Translations under genes and position numbers: made by a program
The notes under the pieces: generated by a model
The model's database searches: none
Seen by the model: only the letters and a program-made list of their open reading frames with translations
What the model was told of the DNA's origin: nothing
Source: Deltaproteobacteria bacterium
Lineage (GTDB): Bacteria > SAR324 > XYD2-FULL-50-16
Assembly (NCBI GenBank): GCA_018645005.1
Contig: JABGPJ010000099.1
Coordinates: 33-64,032 of the forward strand
Length of the DNA: 64,000 bases
Direction of reading: 5' to 3'
In this document: positions 41,055 to 50,574 of the stretch, one piece after another
Position numbering within the stretch: the stretch's first letter is position 1
Layout: the number at the start of each line of letters is the position of its first letter

Positions 41055-42080
41055 ATGACATTGAGAAAAAGCGTACTGCTGATCAATTTGGGTAGTCCTG
41101 AAAGACCTGAAACCGGTGCTATTCGAAAATATTTGAAAACGTTTCTATCGGACCCCAGAGTGATGGACATGCCGTCAGTTATCCGCTGGCTGATTCTTTA
41201 TATGTTTATTCTTCCCTTTCGCCCGAGGGCAATCCAAGCAAAATATGAAAAAATTTGGGATAAAGACGGCTTCTTACTGATAAAAAACAGCCAAAAGCTG
41301 GTAGAAGCGCTCTCCGAAGCACTGGGGCCGGAATATATCGTCGAGATGGCGATGCGCTATTGTGAACCCACAATCAATAGTACTTTACAGCGAATTGTGG
41401 CGTCTGGTGCGCCAGATCTACTAGTCATACCGCTGTTTCCGCAATATGCATCTGCGACAACCGGATCTATTCTGGAGCATTTATTTGACACCATTAAAGC
41501 CTGGACCGTTTTTCCCCGCATCACCGTTTTTTCTCAATTCCATAGTCAACCAGGGTTTATTCGCGCTTGGGTCAAGGTTGCAGAAAAATGTTTGAAGGAG
41601 GAACCAGATCACATTCTGTTCAGTTTTCATGGTTTACCTGAAAAGCACATTCTCAACGCCGATCGATCCGGGTCGCTATGTCTAAGCTCCGATCAGTGTT
41701 GTGAAAGACTGCATCGTATGAATCACAGTTGTTACAGGGCTCAGTGTTTCCAAACTGCAAGAAATATTGCAGATGCACTGAGGATTAATAAAAAGGATTA
41801 CAGTGTCGGGTTTCAGTCCCGTCTGGGAAGGGCAAAATGGATTGAGCCTTATACGAGTGATATCGTTGAAAAACTCGGATCAGGGGGTGTACAAGATCTA
41901 TTGGTGTTTTGTCCCTCTTTTGTGGCGGATTGCCTGGAAACTGTTGAAGAGATAGGGGTAGAGGAAAAAGAACGTTTTCTGAAGAGTGGCGGTCGGAAAC
42001 TAACCCTTGTTCCGTCACTCAATGCAGCAGATATCTGGGTTGACGCACTTGTGGATATGATACGGCAGGCAAAGAGATAG
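41055..42080 (+). CDS. hemH: Ferrochelatase
   Basis: 341 aa. 'VLLINLGSPE', 'PLFPQYASATTGS', 'LFSFHGLPE' and 'FCPSFVADCLETVEEIG'. Confidence 0.93.
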   Translation: MTLRKSVLLINLGSPERPETGAIRKYLKTFLSDPRVMDMPSVIRWLILYMFILPFRPRAIQAKYEKIWDKDGFLLIKNSQKLVEALSEALGPEYIVEMAMRYCEPTINSTLQRIVASGAPDLLVIPLFPQYASATTGSILEHLFDTIKAWTVFPRITVFSQFHSQPGFIRAWVKVAEKCLKEEPDHILFSFHGLPEKHILNADRSGSLCLSSDQCCERLHRMNHSCYRAQCFQTARNIADALRINKKDYSVGFQSRLGRAKWIEPYTSDIVEKLGSGGVQDLLVFCPSFVADCLETVEEIGVEEKERFLKSGGRKLTLVPSLNAADIWVDALVDMIRQAKR

Positions 42081-42087
42081 ATTTCAG

Positions 42088-43371
42088 TTATACCAGTTGT
42101 TCCTTGGGTGATCCACCATCCCTCAAACCGGTGAGCTTGTGTGAATGATTGGTTGCGGCTTCTGTAAAAATGTGGTTTTTAGACATATCCCGTTTGATTA
42201 AGGAATCGATGGCGCTGAGTGCGGTAGCGATAATTTTCTTGTGGTCATCGTCCTTGTACAACCCAACTGTCATTTCTGCTATAAAAGCGATATTAAAAAA
42301 CGGATCCGTTTCGTAAGATTGATAAAGCGATTGCCCTTCCAGCCTTTGTACACCCAACATGTTTTCCTTTAAAATCATTTTACCCAACTTGGACATATTT
42401 TCTCGTTCGCTCTCAATTGCAGCCAGTTTGAACATCATAAAATGACGTCCCGAATTAATCGATATTTTTCGAATTAAAAGGCTTCTGGTAGAATCAGGAA
42501 ATAATGTCAAAACTTCATCCACAAGCTTCCACAAAACAGGCGTCCGCGCGAAAGCGACCGCCAGGGCATAAATGTAAGCTATGACTTCGGAAGCCGTCCC
42601 TGTTAGCACCTTCTCTTTTAAATTGCCATTTTCAATATGGCGGATGGCTTCTTTAATTCTGGCAAAATCAAAAACAACAATATATTGGGATGATTTCAGC
42701 TTTTTTTTCAGATGATTCATCACATTGAACACTCTATTCTTTTCAGTGGCTAGCTGATCTATTTGTCGAATAGCGTTCATGATGGGTTTTTTAAAATTTT
42801 CCAGCCGGGGATCTTCCTTAACAGTTTCGAGGTTTCTAATCTGATTTCGCTTTAACCGATCCAGGAGAGTGAAGTAAATTTTAAAAAAATTATCACAATT
42901 GTAAACACTGATTCCGTTGCTGAGGACACTGATTCCTGCTTCTTTTGTAGCGGCCTTCAACCCTATCAACACTTCGCTCTGGTTGCTTGAATTCAGAAGC
43001 ATTCCGTGGGTGCAAATAGCGGATAGCATATAAAGATTTGAATTGTTCGGATACTGTTTTTTGAGTTTTTGAATCTTGATCCGCGTATTTCCAGGCGATT
43101 GTATGGCTGATTTTCGCAGGTCTTGCAACTCTTCAGGGCTAAGGGATCTTTTTTTGAAAAGACCCAAGACCTTTTTCTCACCTTTTCCCGGGCCGGTCAA
43201 TCCTTCAAAATTCCAGAATTCATCTCTCCCTGGTATGGGGAGTACGAGCAGTTCATTTATCTTTTTAATGAGTTCGGGGCTGACCGTAAATGAACTCCCG
43301 GTGGTTTTATTTTTTGAAGTAGATTCAGCTACGGCAGCATTTGATAATAGTTGATTCGAATTCGTCGCCAT
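42088..43371 (-). CDS. Hypothetical protein (427 aa), distant paralogue of 59641..60915
   Basis: Long uninterrupted ORF. Collinear motif matches to the 424-aa ORF at 59641..60915 are listed in the findings. No family recognised. Confidence 0.75.
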   Translation of the reverse strand: MATNSNQLLSNAAVAESTSKNKTTGSSFTVSPELIKKINELLVLPIPGRDEFWNFEGLTGPGKGEKKVLGLFKKRSLSPEELQDLRKSAIQSPGNTRIKIQKLKKQYPNNSNLYMLSAICTHGMLLNSSNQSEVLIGLKAATKEAGISVLSNGISVYNCDNFFKIYFTLLDRLKRNQIRNLETVKEDPRLENFKKPIMNAIRQIDQLATEKNRVFNVMNHLKKKLKSSQYIVVFDFARIKEAIRHIENGNLKEKVLTGTASEVIAYIYALAVAFARTPVLWKLVDEVLTLFPDSTRSLLIRKISINSGRHFMMFKLAAIESERENMSKLGKMILKENMLGVQRLEGQSLYQSYETDPFFNIAFIAEMTVGLYKDDDHKKIIATALSAIDSLIKRDMSKNHIFTEAATNHSHKLTGLRDGGSPKEQLV

Positions 43372-43822
43372 TTGCTACAATTAACAGGTTAAGAGTATTT
43401 AGATCGAAGATAGTAAAATCCAAAAAACTTTCTTATTATAAGTTGTCTTGATGGATTTGAAAAGAATAAATATTGTGGAACAACATCTTATTACACCATT
43501 AGCATTTGTAGAATCTTTCGTGATGCCTAGTTGGGAACAGATTTCTCAACCAGGAGGAAGGGGCATCATGACCATGAAAATTCCTGAATTCCAGTAATAT
43601 CGCTATTAGCAAGAACACAGCTTGTGATCCGATTTACAGTCACTGATATCCGGAACTATAAATGGGAATATTAGAAAATCTCAGAAAGATCGCAAGGTTT
43701 TGACCAAACACCTGCAGAAAGGACCTCTGCGTGTTTTCTTTTTCCTGGCTTTAGTTTATGGTAGTGATGCCTTGATTCGGAAATCAGATGAAGTACTGGC
43801 TGAAATAATATAGAAGAAAAAT

Positions 43823-44101
43823 ATGATGATTCGCCATGTTCGAATTTTAATTGAAGGTCTGGTTCAGGGGGTTTTTTTTAGAGACTATACAAGAACTAAA
43901 GCACAGAGCCTTAACCTGAATGGAATCGTCAAAAACCTTCAAAACGGTAGTGTCGAAATAAATGCTCAGGGTCAAACGTCGGAGATTGAATTGTTAATCC
44001 AATGGTGCTGGGAAGGATCCCCTTTATCGAAGGTCAAAGACGTAAGGGTGGAGGAATTAGTCACAGAAGAGGGAATTTCTTCTTTCTCAATCAGGTATTA
44101 A
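43823..44101 (+). CDS. acyP: Acylphosphatase
   Basis: 92 aa. 'LVQGVFFRDYTRTKAQSLNLNGIVKNLQNGSVEINAQG' matches the acylphosphatase signature (V.G.VQGV.FR ... G.V.N...G.V). Confidence 0.88.
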   Translation: MMIRHVRILIEGLVQGVFFRDYTRTKAQSLNLNGIVKNLQNGSVEINAQGQTSEIELLIQWCWEGSPLSKVKDVRVEELVTEEGISSFSIRY

Positions 44102-44140
44102 TCAAGTCGCCTTCGGTCAACTACTTGTTGGCCTCCTTTA

Positions 44141-44243
44141 GGGATCGTTCAAAAATAACTTCACATAATCTGTTTGCAAAAGTCCTAAAAACACTGGACA
44201 TTTTGCAAACAGAATGTGAACTAATTCTTGAGCTGACCCATAG
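44141..44243. repeat. Family A palindromic repeat, solo copy (103 nt) between acyP and aroB
   Basis: 'gggatcgttcaaaaataacttcacataatctgtttgcaaaagtcc-taaaaaca-ctggacattttgcaaacagaatgtgaactaattcttgagctgacccatag' aligns end to end with 5493..5595. Confidence 0.85.
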
Positions 44244-44338
44244 ATGTATCACATATCTTAGTGGAAGGCGGTTTTACAGGGGTCTCGTTTTTGCTAAAAA
44301 CGACCATCAAATCAGGGGTTTTTTAAAAGTCAAAGTCA

Positions 44339-45451
44339 ATGAAAACAATTCAGATCGACCTGCACAGGACCAATTATCGTTATCAAGTGAAGATCGGTAA
44401 TCGTATTTTATCCGAAGTGTTGACAGAGCTTCTGTTCAACTACACTGAAAAACGTATATTTGTTATTACCAACAGTACACTTCATGCCCTTTACCCAGAA
44501 TTCAGTAAAACGGTAATTCCGAAAGATATACAAGCAGAATGCTTGATATTGCCAGATGGAGAGCAGCACAAAAACCTGGAGACAGTTACACAGATTATTG
44601 ATTTTCTTGTTGAAAAGAAGGCGAACCGACAAAGTATCGTCATTGCCTTTGGAGGGGGGGTGGTTGGAGATATTTCCGGTTTTGCTGCTTCTGCCTTCAT
44701 GCGTGGGATATCATATGTCCAGATTCCAACAACATTGCTATCCCAGGTTGACAGTGGAATCGGTGGAAAAACCGGTATTAACCACAAAGCGGGCAAAAAT
44801 CTCATTGGCGCTTTTAAACAACCATATCAGACAATCATTGATGTAAGTTTTCTTAAAACATTACCTGAAAGAGAGTTCATCGCCGGCTATGCTGAGTTAA
44901 TCAAACATGGAATAATCCGGGATCCCTATCTCTTCCAGCTACTGAATCAAAAAAACCTGCAAGAATTGAAAGCGGACGAAGATCTGCTCATTGACTCAAT
45001 CTTCAGATCTTGCGAAGTCAAGGCGCGCGTGGTCGAAGAAGATGAAATGGAGGCCAGTCAACGGGCTATTTTGAATTTTGGCCATACATTTGGCCATTTT
45101 CTGGAGACCTATACCAACTACCAGCAGTTACTGCATGGAGAAGCCGTAATTATTGGGATGGACTTTGCTTCCTGGTGGTCTTTGCAGCAAGGTTTTCTTG
45201 ATAAAGCAGATTTCGAAATCATTCACTATCATCTGTGTTCGTTGGGCATCTCAAAAACAATTCCAGAGGTTACAAAAGAAACTTTCATCCGTATTGTGGA
45301 ATACGACAAAAAATTTAGCCGTGAAGGGATACGTTTTGTAGGCTTGACAGGAATTGGTCAGGCAAGGATTTTTGACGGAGTTACTGCTGACAGTTTGTGG
45401 GATAACTTACTGACTTATATTCAGAGCGATGCGCTTCTTAAGATAGACTAA
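44339..45451 (+). CDS. aroB: 3-dehydroquinate synthase
   Basis: 370 aa. 'AFGGGVVGDISGFAASAFMRGISYVQIPTTLLSQVDSGIGGKTGINH', 'AELIKHG' and 'LNFGHTFGH'. Confidence 0.95.
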   Translation: MKTIQIDLHRTNYRYQVKIGNRILSEVLTELLFNYTEKRIFVITNSTLHALYPEFSKTVIPKDIQAECLILPDGEQHKNLETVTQIIDFLVEKKANRQSIVIAFGGGVVGDISGFAASAFMRGISYVQIPTTLLSQVDSGIGGKTGINHKAGKNLIGAFKQPYQTIIDVSFLKTLPEREFIAGYAELIKHGIIRDPYLFQLLNQKNLQELKADEDLLIDSIFRSCEVKARVVEEDEMEASQRAILNFGHTFGHFLETYTNYQQLLHGEAVIIGMDFASWWSLQQGFLDKADFEIIHYHLCSLGISKTIPEVTKETFIRIVEYDKKFSREGIRFVGLTGIGQARIFDGVTADSLWDNLLTYIQSDALLKID

Positions 45452-45537
45452 TTGTGAAAAAAACGATTTTCAGATAGCGTTTCCAGCGTTAAAAAAGATT
45501 GAGATTATAGAATAAAAAACGTATCTATTCAGCATCT

Positions 45538-45670
45538 GCTCCGCCGAGTGGATTAAGATTCAAAACACACATGAATCCATCCCTGGAATTGTTGGAAAAC
45601 GTCCTGTTTTCCATCGTTTTGAATCACAATCCACTCGGCTCCGGGAATATGGTGAATAGTTACAAAAAAA
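45538..45670 (+). repeat. Family B structured repeat, copy 2, upstream of the liv operon
   Basis: Aligns with 40829..40966 in the same orientation. The outer stem 45543..45553 pairs perfectly with 45629..45639. Confidence 0.8.
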
Positions 45671-45714
45671 TTTCCTCAAAAACAACATTTCAATTTACTT
45701 TAAAAATTTGAGCA

Positions 45715-46617
45715 GTGGATAATTCAGTTATCATAAGTCAATTGATCCAGTACCTGATCACTGGAATGACGGTGGGAAGCATCTATGCCATGATTGCCGT
45801 CGGATTTAACATCATCTACAACGTGACGGAGATTATCAATTTGGCCCAGGGAGAGTTTGTCGTATTGGGAGGATTGGTCATGGTTTTTATACGGGTAACG
45901 CTTTCGATCCCTACCATTTTAGCATTTCCGTTGACTTTACTGATCGTGTTTATGGTTGGCGTTCTGTTTGATCGGCTGGCGATCCGGCCGATCAAACAGC
46001 CGTCGGTGATGACACTGATTATTGCCACAATCGCGGCATCCATGATTTTGAAAGGCTCTGCTATGTTTATTTGGGGCAAGGATCCATATGATTTACCCGC
46101 ATTTTCAGGCCGAACGCCTATTAATTTTCTGGGTGCCTTTATTCAACCTCAGGCACTTTGGATTATGGGTTTGCTGGTAGTAATTGTGCTGGCGTTAACA
46201 CTGTTTTTTGAGCGTAATATCATGGGGAAAGCCATGAAAGCGTGTGCTGATAACCCGGATGCGGCGAAGCTTGTCGGGATCAATGTCAATCATATGATTC
46301 TACTTTCTTTTGCGCTGAGTGCAGCGATAGGTGCTGTGGCTGGAATCGGAATGACTCCGCTTGCATTGATGGAGTATGATCGAGGAGCGATGTTGGCTGT
46401 GAAGGGATTTGCCGCTGTTATTCTCGGTGGATTGGGTAGTTTTCCAGGAGCCATTCTTGGCGGTTTAGTGTTGGGCTTGATTGAATCTCTGGGCGCCGGC
46501 TATATTTCATCAGGTTATAAAGATGCATTTGCTTTAATAATATTACTGCTACTCCTGTTCGTAAAACCCTCTGGGCTGCTTGGTAATGCAACCGTAGCCA
46601 AATTAAAGAAATTTTAG
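45715..46617 (+). CDS. livH: Branched-chain amino acid ABC transporter permease (LivH family)
   Basis: 300 aa, polytopic. 'INLAQGEFVVLGG' and 'GKAMKACADNPDAAKLVGINV' are typical LivH motifs. GTG start. Confidence 0.88.
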   Translation: MDNSVIISQLIQYLITGMTVGSIYAMIAVGFNIIYNVTEIINLAQGEFVVLGGLVMVFIRVTLSIPTILAFPLTLLIVFMVGVLFDRLAIRPIKQPSVMTLIIATIAASMILKGSAMFIWGKDPYDLPAFSGRTPINFLGAFIQPQALWIMGLLVVIVLALTLFFERNIMGKAMKACADNPDAAKLVGINVNHMILLSFALSAAIGAVAGIGMTPLALMEYDRGAMLAVKGFAAVILGGLGSFPGAILGGLVLGLIESLGAGYISSGYKDAFALIILLLLLFVKPSGLLGNATVAKLKKF

Positions 46618-46620
46618 ATT

Positions 46621-47604
46621 ATGTTTCGTATCGGAAGGAGAAGTCGCATTTTCTTTGTGTGCGCTCTGCTAATAGCGCCATGGATTATTCAAGTGATTCC
46701 GACAATCTCTCACTATCTCGATGTACTGGTTTTCGCCGGTATCTATACATTGATTACGATAGGCCTGAGCCTGCTGATGGGTTATGCGGGGCAGATTTCT
46801 CTGGGTCACGCTGCTTTTTTTGGGATTGGCGCATACATCTCTGGAATTCTGACTGTCCAATATGAATGGAATCCTTGGTTTTGTATGCTTGTTGGCGTTG
46901 TGGTCACTGTGCTCGTTGCCTTTTTAATTGGAACGCCGGCTTTAAAGCTGAAAGGACACTATCTGGCCATGGCCACTCTGGCATTTGGGATAGTCGTTTT
47001 TATCTTTTTTAACGAGGAGGTCGCTGTGACTGGTGGTCCAGATGGTATGGGCGGAATACCAGGACTATCAATCTGGGGCTATTCCTTTGATACAGAACTG
47101 AAATATTACTATCTTGTCTGGGGAATTGTGGCTGCGGTCTTCCTGTTTTCGGTTAACCTAGTTCATTCGAGGCTGGGAAGGGCTTTGAGGGCGATTCACA
47201 CGAGTGAAATAGGTGCGAATGCCATGGGCGTCAATGTCTCGGTTTATAAAATTCAAATATTTGTCTATTCAGCTGCATTGGCATCAATAGCAGGTAGCCT
47301 GTATGCCCACTACATTAATTTTATCAGCCCCGGTACGTTTGATCTCTCTTTTTCGGTCAAACTACTGATCATGATTGTTATAGGCGGAATGTACAGTATC
47401 TGGGGAGCAATTCTGGGTGCTGTTTTGATCTCATTTCTTAGCTTTGAATGGCTGGAGATGTTCAAAGAGTATGAGATCCTTGTTTTTGGGTTGATTTTGT
47501 TGTTCGTCACCATTTTCCTCCCGGATGGCATTATCAGTTTGCCCAAGAAGTTGAGGGGGATAATGGGGAAGTCAAAGAAGCCGTCTGGTCAGAAGAGAGA
47601 TTAG
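46621..47604 (+). CDS. livM: Branched-chain amino acid ABC transporter permease (LivM family)
   Basis: 327 aa, polytopic. 'GYAGQISLGHAAFFGIGAY' and 'GRALRAIHTSEIGANAMGVNV' are typical LivM motifs. Confidence 0.88.
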   Translation: MFRIGRRSRIFFVCALLIAPWIIQVIPTISHYLDVLVFAGIYTLITIGLSLLMGYAGQISLGHAAFFGIGAYISGILTVQYEWNPWFCMLVGVVVTVLVAFLIGTPALKLKGHYLAMATLAFGIVVFIFFNEEVAVTGGPDGMGGIPGLSIWGYSFDTELKYYYLVWGIVAAVFLFSVNLVHSRLGRALRAIHTSEIGANAMGVNVSVYKIQIFVYSAALASIAGSLYAHYINFISPGTFDLSFSVKLLIMIVIGGMYSIWGAILGAVLISFLSFEWLEMFKEYEILVFGLILLFVTIFLPDGIISLPKKLRGIMGKSKKPSGQKRD

Positions 47605-47673
47605 GTGGTTTTTCGGCTTGATTCAGTGTTTTTTAACCAAGATGTTCTTAAACATTTAAAAGGAGAGGTTGCT

Positions 47674-48858
47674 TTGAAAAAAAGTAGGGTAAAGATGACG
47701 ATAATGATCGTCGGCTTAGTATCAATGGTTCTAGGTTTTTCGTCCTGTGACAAGAAAACGGGTGGTGATGTTGATGTATATAAAATTGGGGCTGTATTTG
47801 CGGTTACAGGAGGCGCTTCTTTTCTTGGTGCGCCGGAAAAAAAGACGGCTGAGATGATTATACAACGTGTGAACGAAAATGGTGGTATCAATGGGAGAAA
47901 GGTAGAGTTGATTGTGATGGATTCTGAAGGTGATTCAACCAAAGCCTCATTACAAGTTAAAAAACTGATGACGAAAGAGAACGTGCTGGCGGTCCTCGGC
48001 CCATCAACCAGTGGTAACTCGATTGCGGTAATTCCGTTGGCAGAAAAACACGAAACACCCCTGATTTCTTGTGCGCTGAGCTATAAAATCGTACATAATG
48101 ACAAGACAGGAAAGCCTTATAAATGGGTTTTTAAGGTAGCTCAAGCTGACAGTCAGGCAGTTGATATGATTTTTACTCATCTGGTTTCAAAAGGGATCAA
48201 AAAAATTGCGATCATGTCAGTGACAACCGGATATGGCGCAAGTGGTCGGTCTGAGATTATTCGTCTGGCGCCGAAATATGGATTGGAAATTGTAGCGGAA
48301 GAAAAATATGGTCCTAAAGACACTGACATGACCGTTCAACTGACAAAGATCAAATCCTTCGAACCCGAAGCAATCATCAACTGGTCAGTTGGGCCGACAC
48401 AGGTGACTGTTGTGAGAAACTGGAAAGACTTGGGAATGGACAATATCAAAATGGTTCAGAGTGCAGGATTTGGTAGCCTCAAGAATGTTGAACTGGCAGC
48501 CGGATCGGCTGAAGGTGTTTTGTTGCCGCTGGGCGCTGTCAATATTGCCGAACTTCTGCCTGCAGATCATCCGCAGAAGACCGTCACTATGGAATACTTG
48601 AAAGAGTACAAAGGAAAATATGCTGAAATGGTTTCAACTTTTGGTGGTCATGCCTGGGATTCGCTCAACATGGTCATAAAGGCGATCGAAAAAGTTGGTG
48701 CCGATAAGGCTAAAATTCGAGATGAACTGGAAAATGCAACTGGATTTATTGGTCAACACGGTGTATTTAATATGTCCGCTGCTGACCACAATGGATTGGA
48801 TAAGACCTCCTACAACATGGTGGTTGTTAAAAACGGAACCTGGGCAATAGCTCAATAA
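47674..48858 (+). CDS. Branched-chain amino acid ABC transporter substrate-binding lipoprotein (LivJ/LivK family)
   Basis: Type I periplasmic-binding-protein features: 'IGAVFAVTGGASFLG', 'INGRKVELIVMDSEGD'. The ORF track starts at 47605. The TTG at 47674 follows 'aaaggagagg' and gives 'KKSRVKMTIMIVGLVSMVLGFSSC', a lipoprotein signal peptide with a lipobox Cys. ATG 47695 is an alternative start. Confidence 0.85.
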   Translation: MKKSRVKMTIMIVGLVSMVLGFSSCDKKTGGDVDVYKIGAVFAVTGGASFLGAPEKKTAEMIIQRVNENGGINGRKVELIVMDSEGDSTKASLQVKKLMTKENVLAVLGPSTSGNSIAVIPLAEKHETPLISCALSYKIVHNDKTGKPYKWVFKVAQADSQAVDMIFTHLVSKGIKKIAIMSVTTGYGASGRSEIIRLAPKYGLEIVAEEKYGPKDTDMTVQLTKIKSFEPEAIINWSVGPTQVTVVRNWKDLGMDNIKMVQSAGFGSLKNVELAAGSAEGVLLPLGAVNIAELLPADHPQKTVTMEYLKEYKGKYAEMVSTFGGHAWDSLNMVIKAIEKVGADKAKIRDELENATGFIGQHGVFNMSAADHNGLDKTSYNMVVVKNGTWAIAQ

Positions 48859-48930
48859 GGGTACTAACATCTGGAACACAAGTGTGCCGGTTGAAAATAA
48901 TGATGCTAGTTAAAAACACAGGTCGTTGCC

Positions 48931-49719
48931 ATGGATAATTTCAAACCCTGGATGATTCTTCGTGTGAGTGACATCGAAGTCATCTTCGGAGGGCTTGCGG
49001 CGTTGAATCGGGTGAGTTTTGAATTGAAACCAGGTATCATCAAAGCCATTATCGGGCCAAACGGTGCTGGGAAAAGCACCTTGTTGAATGTGATTACAGG
49101 CCTGATAGCTCCGGATTGGGGAACTATAAAATTCAAGGGACATTTCCTGGATCATGTTCCCCCTCACCGGGTTTCTCAGTTCGGAATCTCGCGTACTTTC
49201 CAGCATGTCGAGACCTTTGAGAAGATGACAGTGCTTGAAAACGTCATGATTGGCCGGCACAATCACATGTTTACTAACTTTTTTGAATGTGGGATCAAAT
49301 TGCCGAAAGTACGTAGAGAGGAGACCCGTATTCAAAATGAGGCTTTGGAGTTGTTAGAGTTTATTGGCCTCCAGGACAAAGCTGAGGAAGAAGCATCCAG
49401 TCTGCCTCTTGGAGATCAGAAATTGATGGAAATCGCAAGAGGACTGGCAACCCAGCCAGACTTAATCTGTCTGGATGAGCCGGCTGCCGGACTGAATGAA
49501 TCAGATACCTTCAGGGTTTCCAAGATCATCGAACAGATAAAACTGCGCGGTATTGCTGTTTTGTTGATTGAGCATGATATGAAGCTGATCATGGATATTT
49601 CAGACGAAATTCTGGTTTTGAACCATGGTCAAATAATAGCTGAGGGGACCCCGAAGGAGATCCAATCTGATCCAAAGGTGATCGAAGCTTATCTGGGAGG
49701 GGAGATTGCCAATGCTTGA
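48931..49719 (+). CDS. livG: Branched-chain amino acid ABC transporter ATP-binding protein (LivG family)
   Basis: 262 aa. 'FGGLAALNRVSF', Walker A 'GPNGAGKST', 'LDEPAAGL', 'IEHDMKL'. Confidence 0.9.
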   Translation: MDNFKPWMILRVSDIEVIFGGLAALNRVSFELKPGIIKAIIGPNGAGKSTLLNVITGLIAPDWGTIKFKGHFLDHVPPHRVSQFGISRTFQHVETFEKMTVLENVMIGRHNHMFTNFFECGIKLPKVRREETRIQNEALELLEFIGLQDKAEEEASSLPLGDQKLMEIARGLATQPDLICLDEPAAGLNESDTFRVSKIIEQIKLRGIAVLLIEHDMKLIMDISDEILVLNHGQIIAEGTPKEIQSDPKVIEAYLGGEIANA

Positions 49720-50440
49720 AGTAAAGAATTTGCGTGTGTTCTACGGCAGTCATAAGGCCCTGGATGAGATAAATCTGAAGGTGGATACCGGACAGATTGT
49801 CAGCATTATTGGTGCAAATGGCGCTGGCAAGTCTACATTGTTGAAATCCATTTCGGGTCTAATCCGCGGTTTTGAAGGTGATGTGTTTTTCGATGGGCAT
49901 GATATCTCATCTCAGTCACCAAGCCGTATCGTCAATCTGGGAATATCCCACGTACTGGAAGGCCGGCAACTGTTTGCATCCCTTTCCACTCTGGATAATC
50001 TGAACCTGGGGGCTTATATATACAAGAACAGGAAGAATCGAGCCTCAGTTGAAGAGAGTCGGGAAAAGGTATTTGAAATTTTCCCCATCCTGAAAGAACG
50101 GGCGAGTCAGTTCGCCGGAACCCTCAGTGGTGGAGAACAACAGATGCTGGCTATCGGTCGGGCTCTGATGGCAAAACCACGATTGTTACTTCTTGATGAG
50201 CCGTCCCTTGGTCTGGCGCCCAGAATTGTACAAAATATTTTCAATGTCATTCGAGAATTAAATCAGCAGGGTGTCACAATTTTGCTGGTAGAACAGAACG
50301 CAAGCTTAGCCCTCAACAGTTCTGATTTCGCATACGTATTGGAGACTGGTAGTAAGATTCTTGAAGGTACAGGAGCGGACTTACTTTCTGATAATATGGT
50401 TCAACAGGCATATCTGGGAGCCGCAAAATCAGCCTCTTAG
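49706..50440 (+). CDS. livF: Branched-chain amino acid ABC transporter ATP-binding protein (LivF family)
   Basis: 244 aa. Walker A 'GANGAGKST', 'LSGGEQQMLAIGRALM', 'LLLDEPSLGLAP'. Overlaps livG by 14 nt. Confidence 0.9.
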   Translation: MPMLEVKNLRVFYGSHKALDEINLKVDTGQIVSIIGANGAGKSTLLKSISGLIRGFEGDVFFDGHDISSQSPSRIVNLGISHVLEGRQLFASLSTLDNLNLGAYIYKNRKNRASVEESREKVFEIFPILKERASQFAGTLSGGEQQMLAIGRALMAKPRLLLLDEPSLGLAPRIVQNIFNVIRELNQQGVTILLVEQNASLALNSSDFAYVLETGSKILEGTGADLLSDNMVQQAYLGAAKSAS

Positions 50441-50574
50441 GAATTTTTCCCATCCACTGGGAAAAGTCTTATCGTAACAACCCCTGTCCAACAATCAACC
50501 TTTTGTGGGCATCCCTGCCCAAACCGCTGTACTAATTTATACTTTCACCGCACTATCGAGTTTGCAGCGCTTGA

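Noticed and set aside
44002-44400. 132-aa + strand ORF spanning the acyP 3' end and the acyP/aroB spacer
   Set aside because: It overlaps acyP out of frame and reads through the family A palindromic repeat. It has no motif and is most likely spurious.
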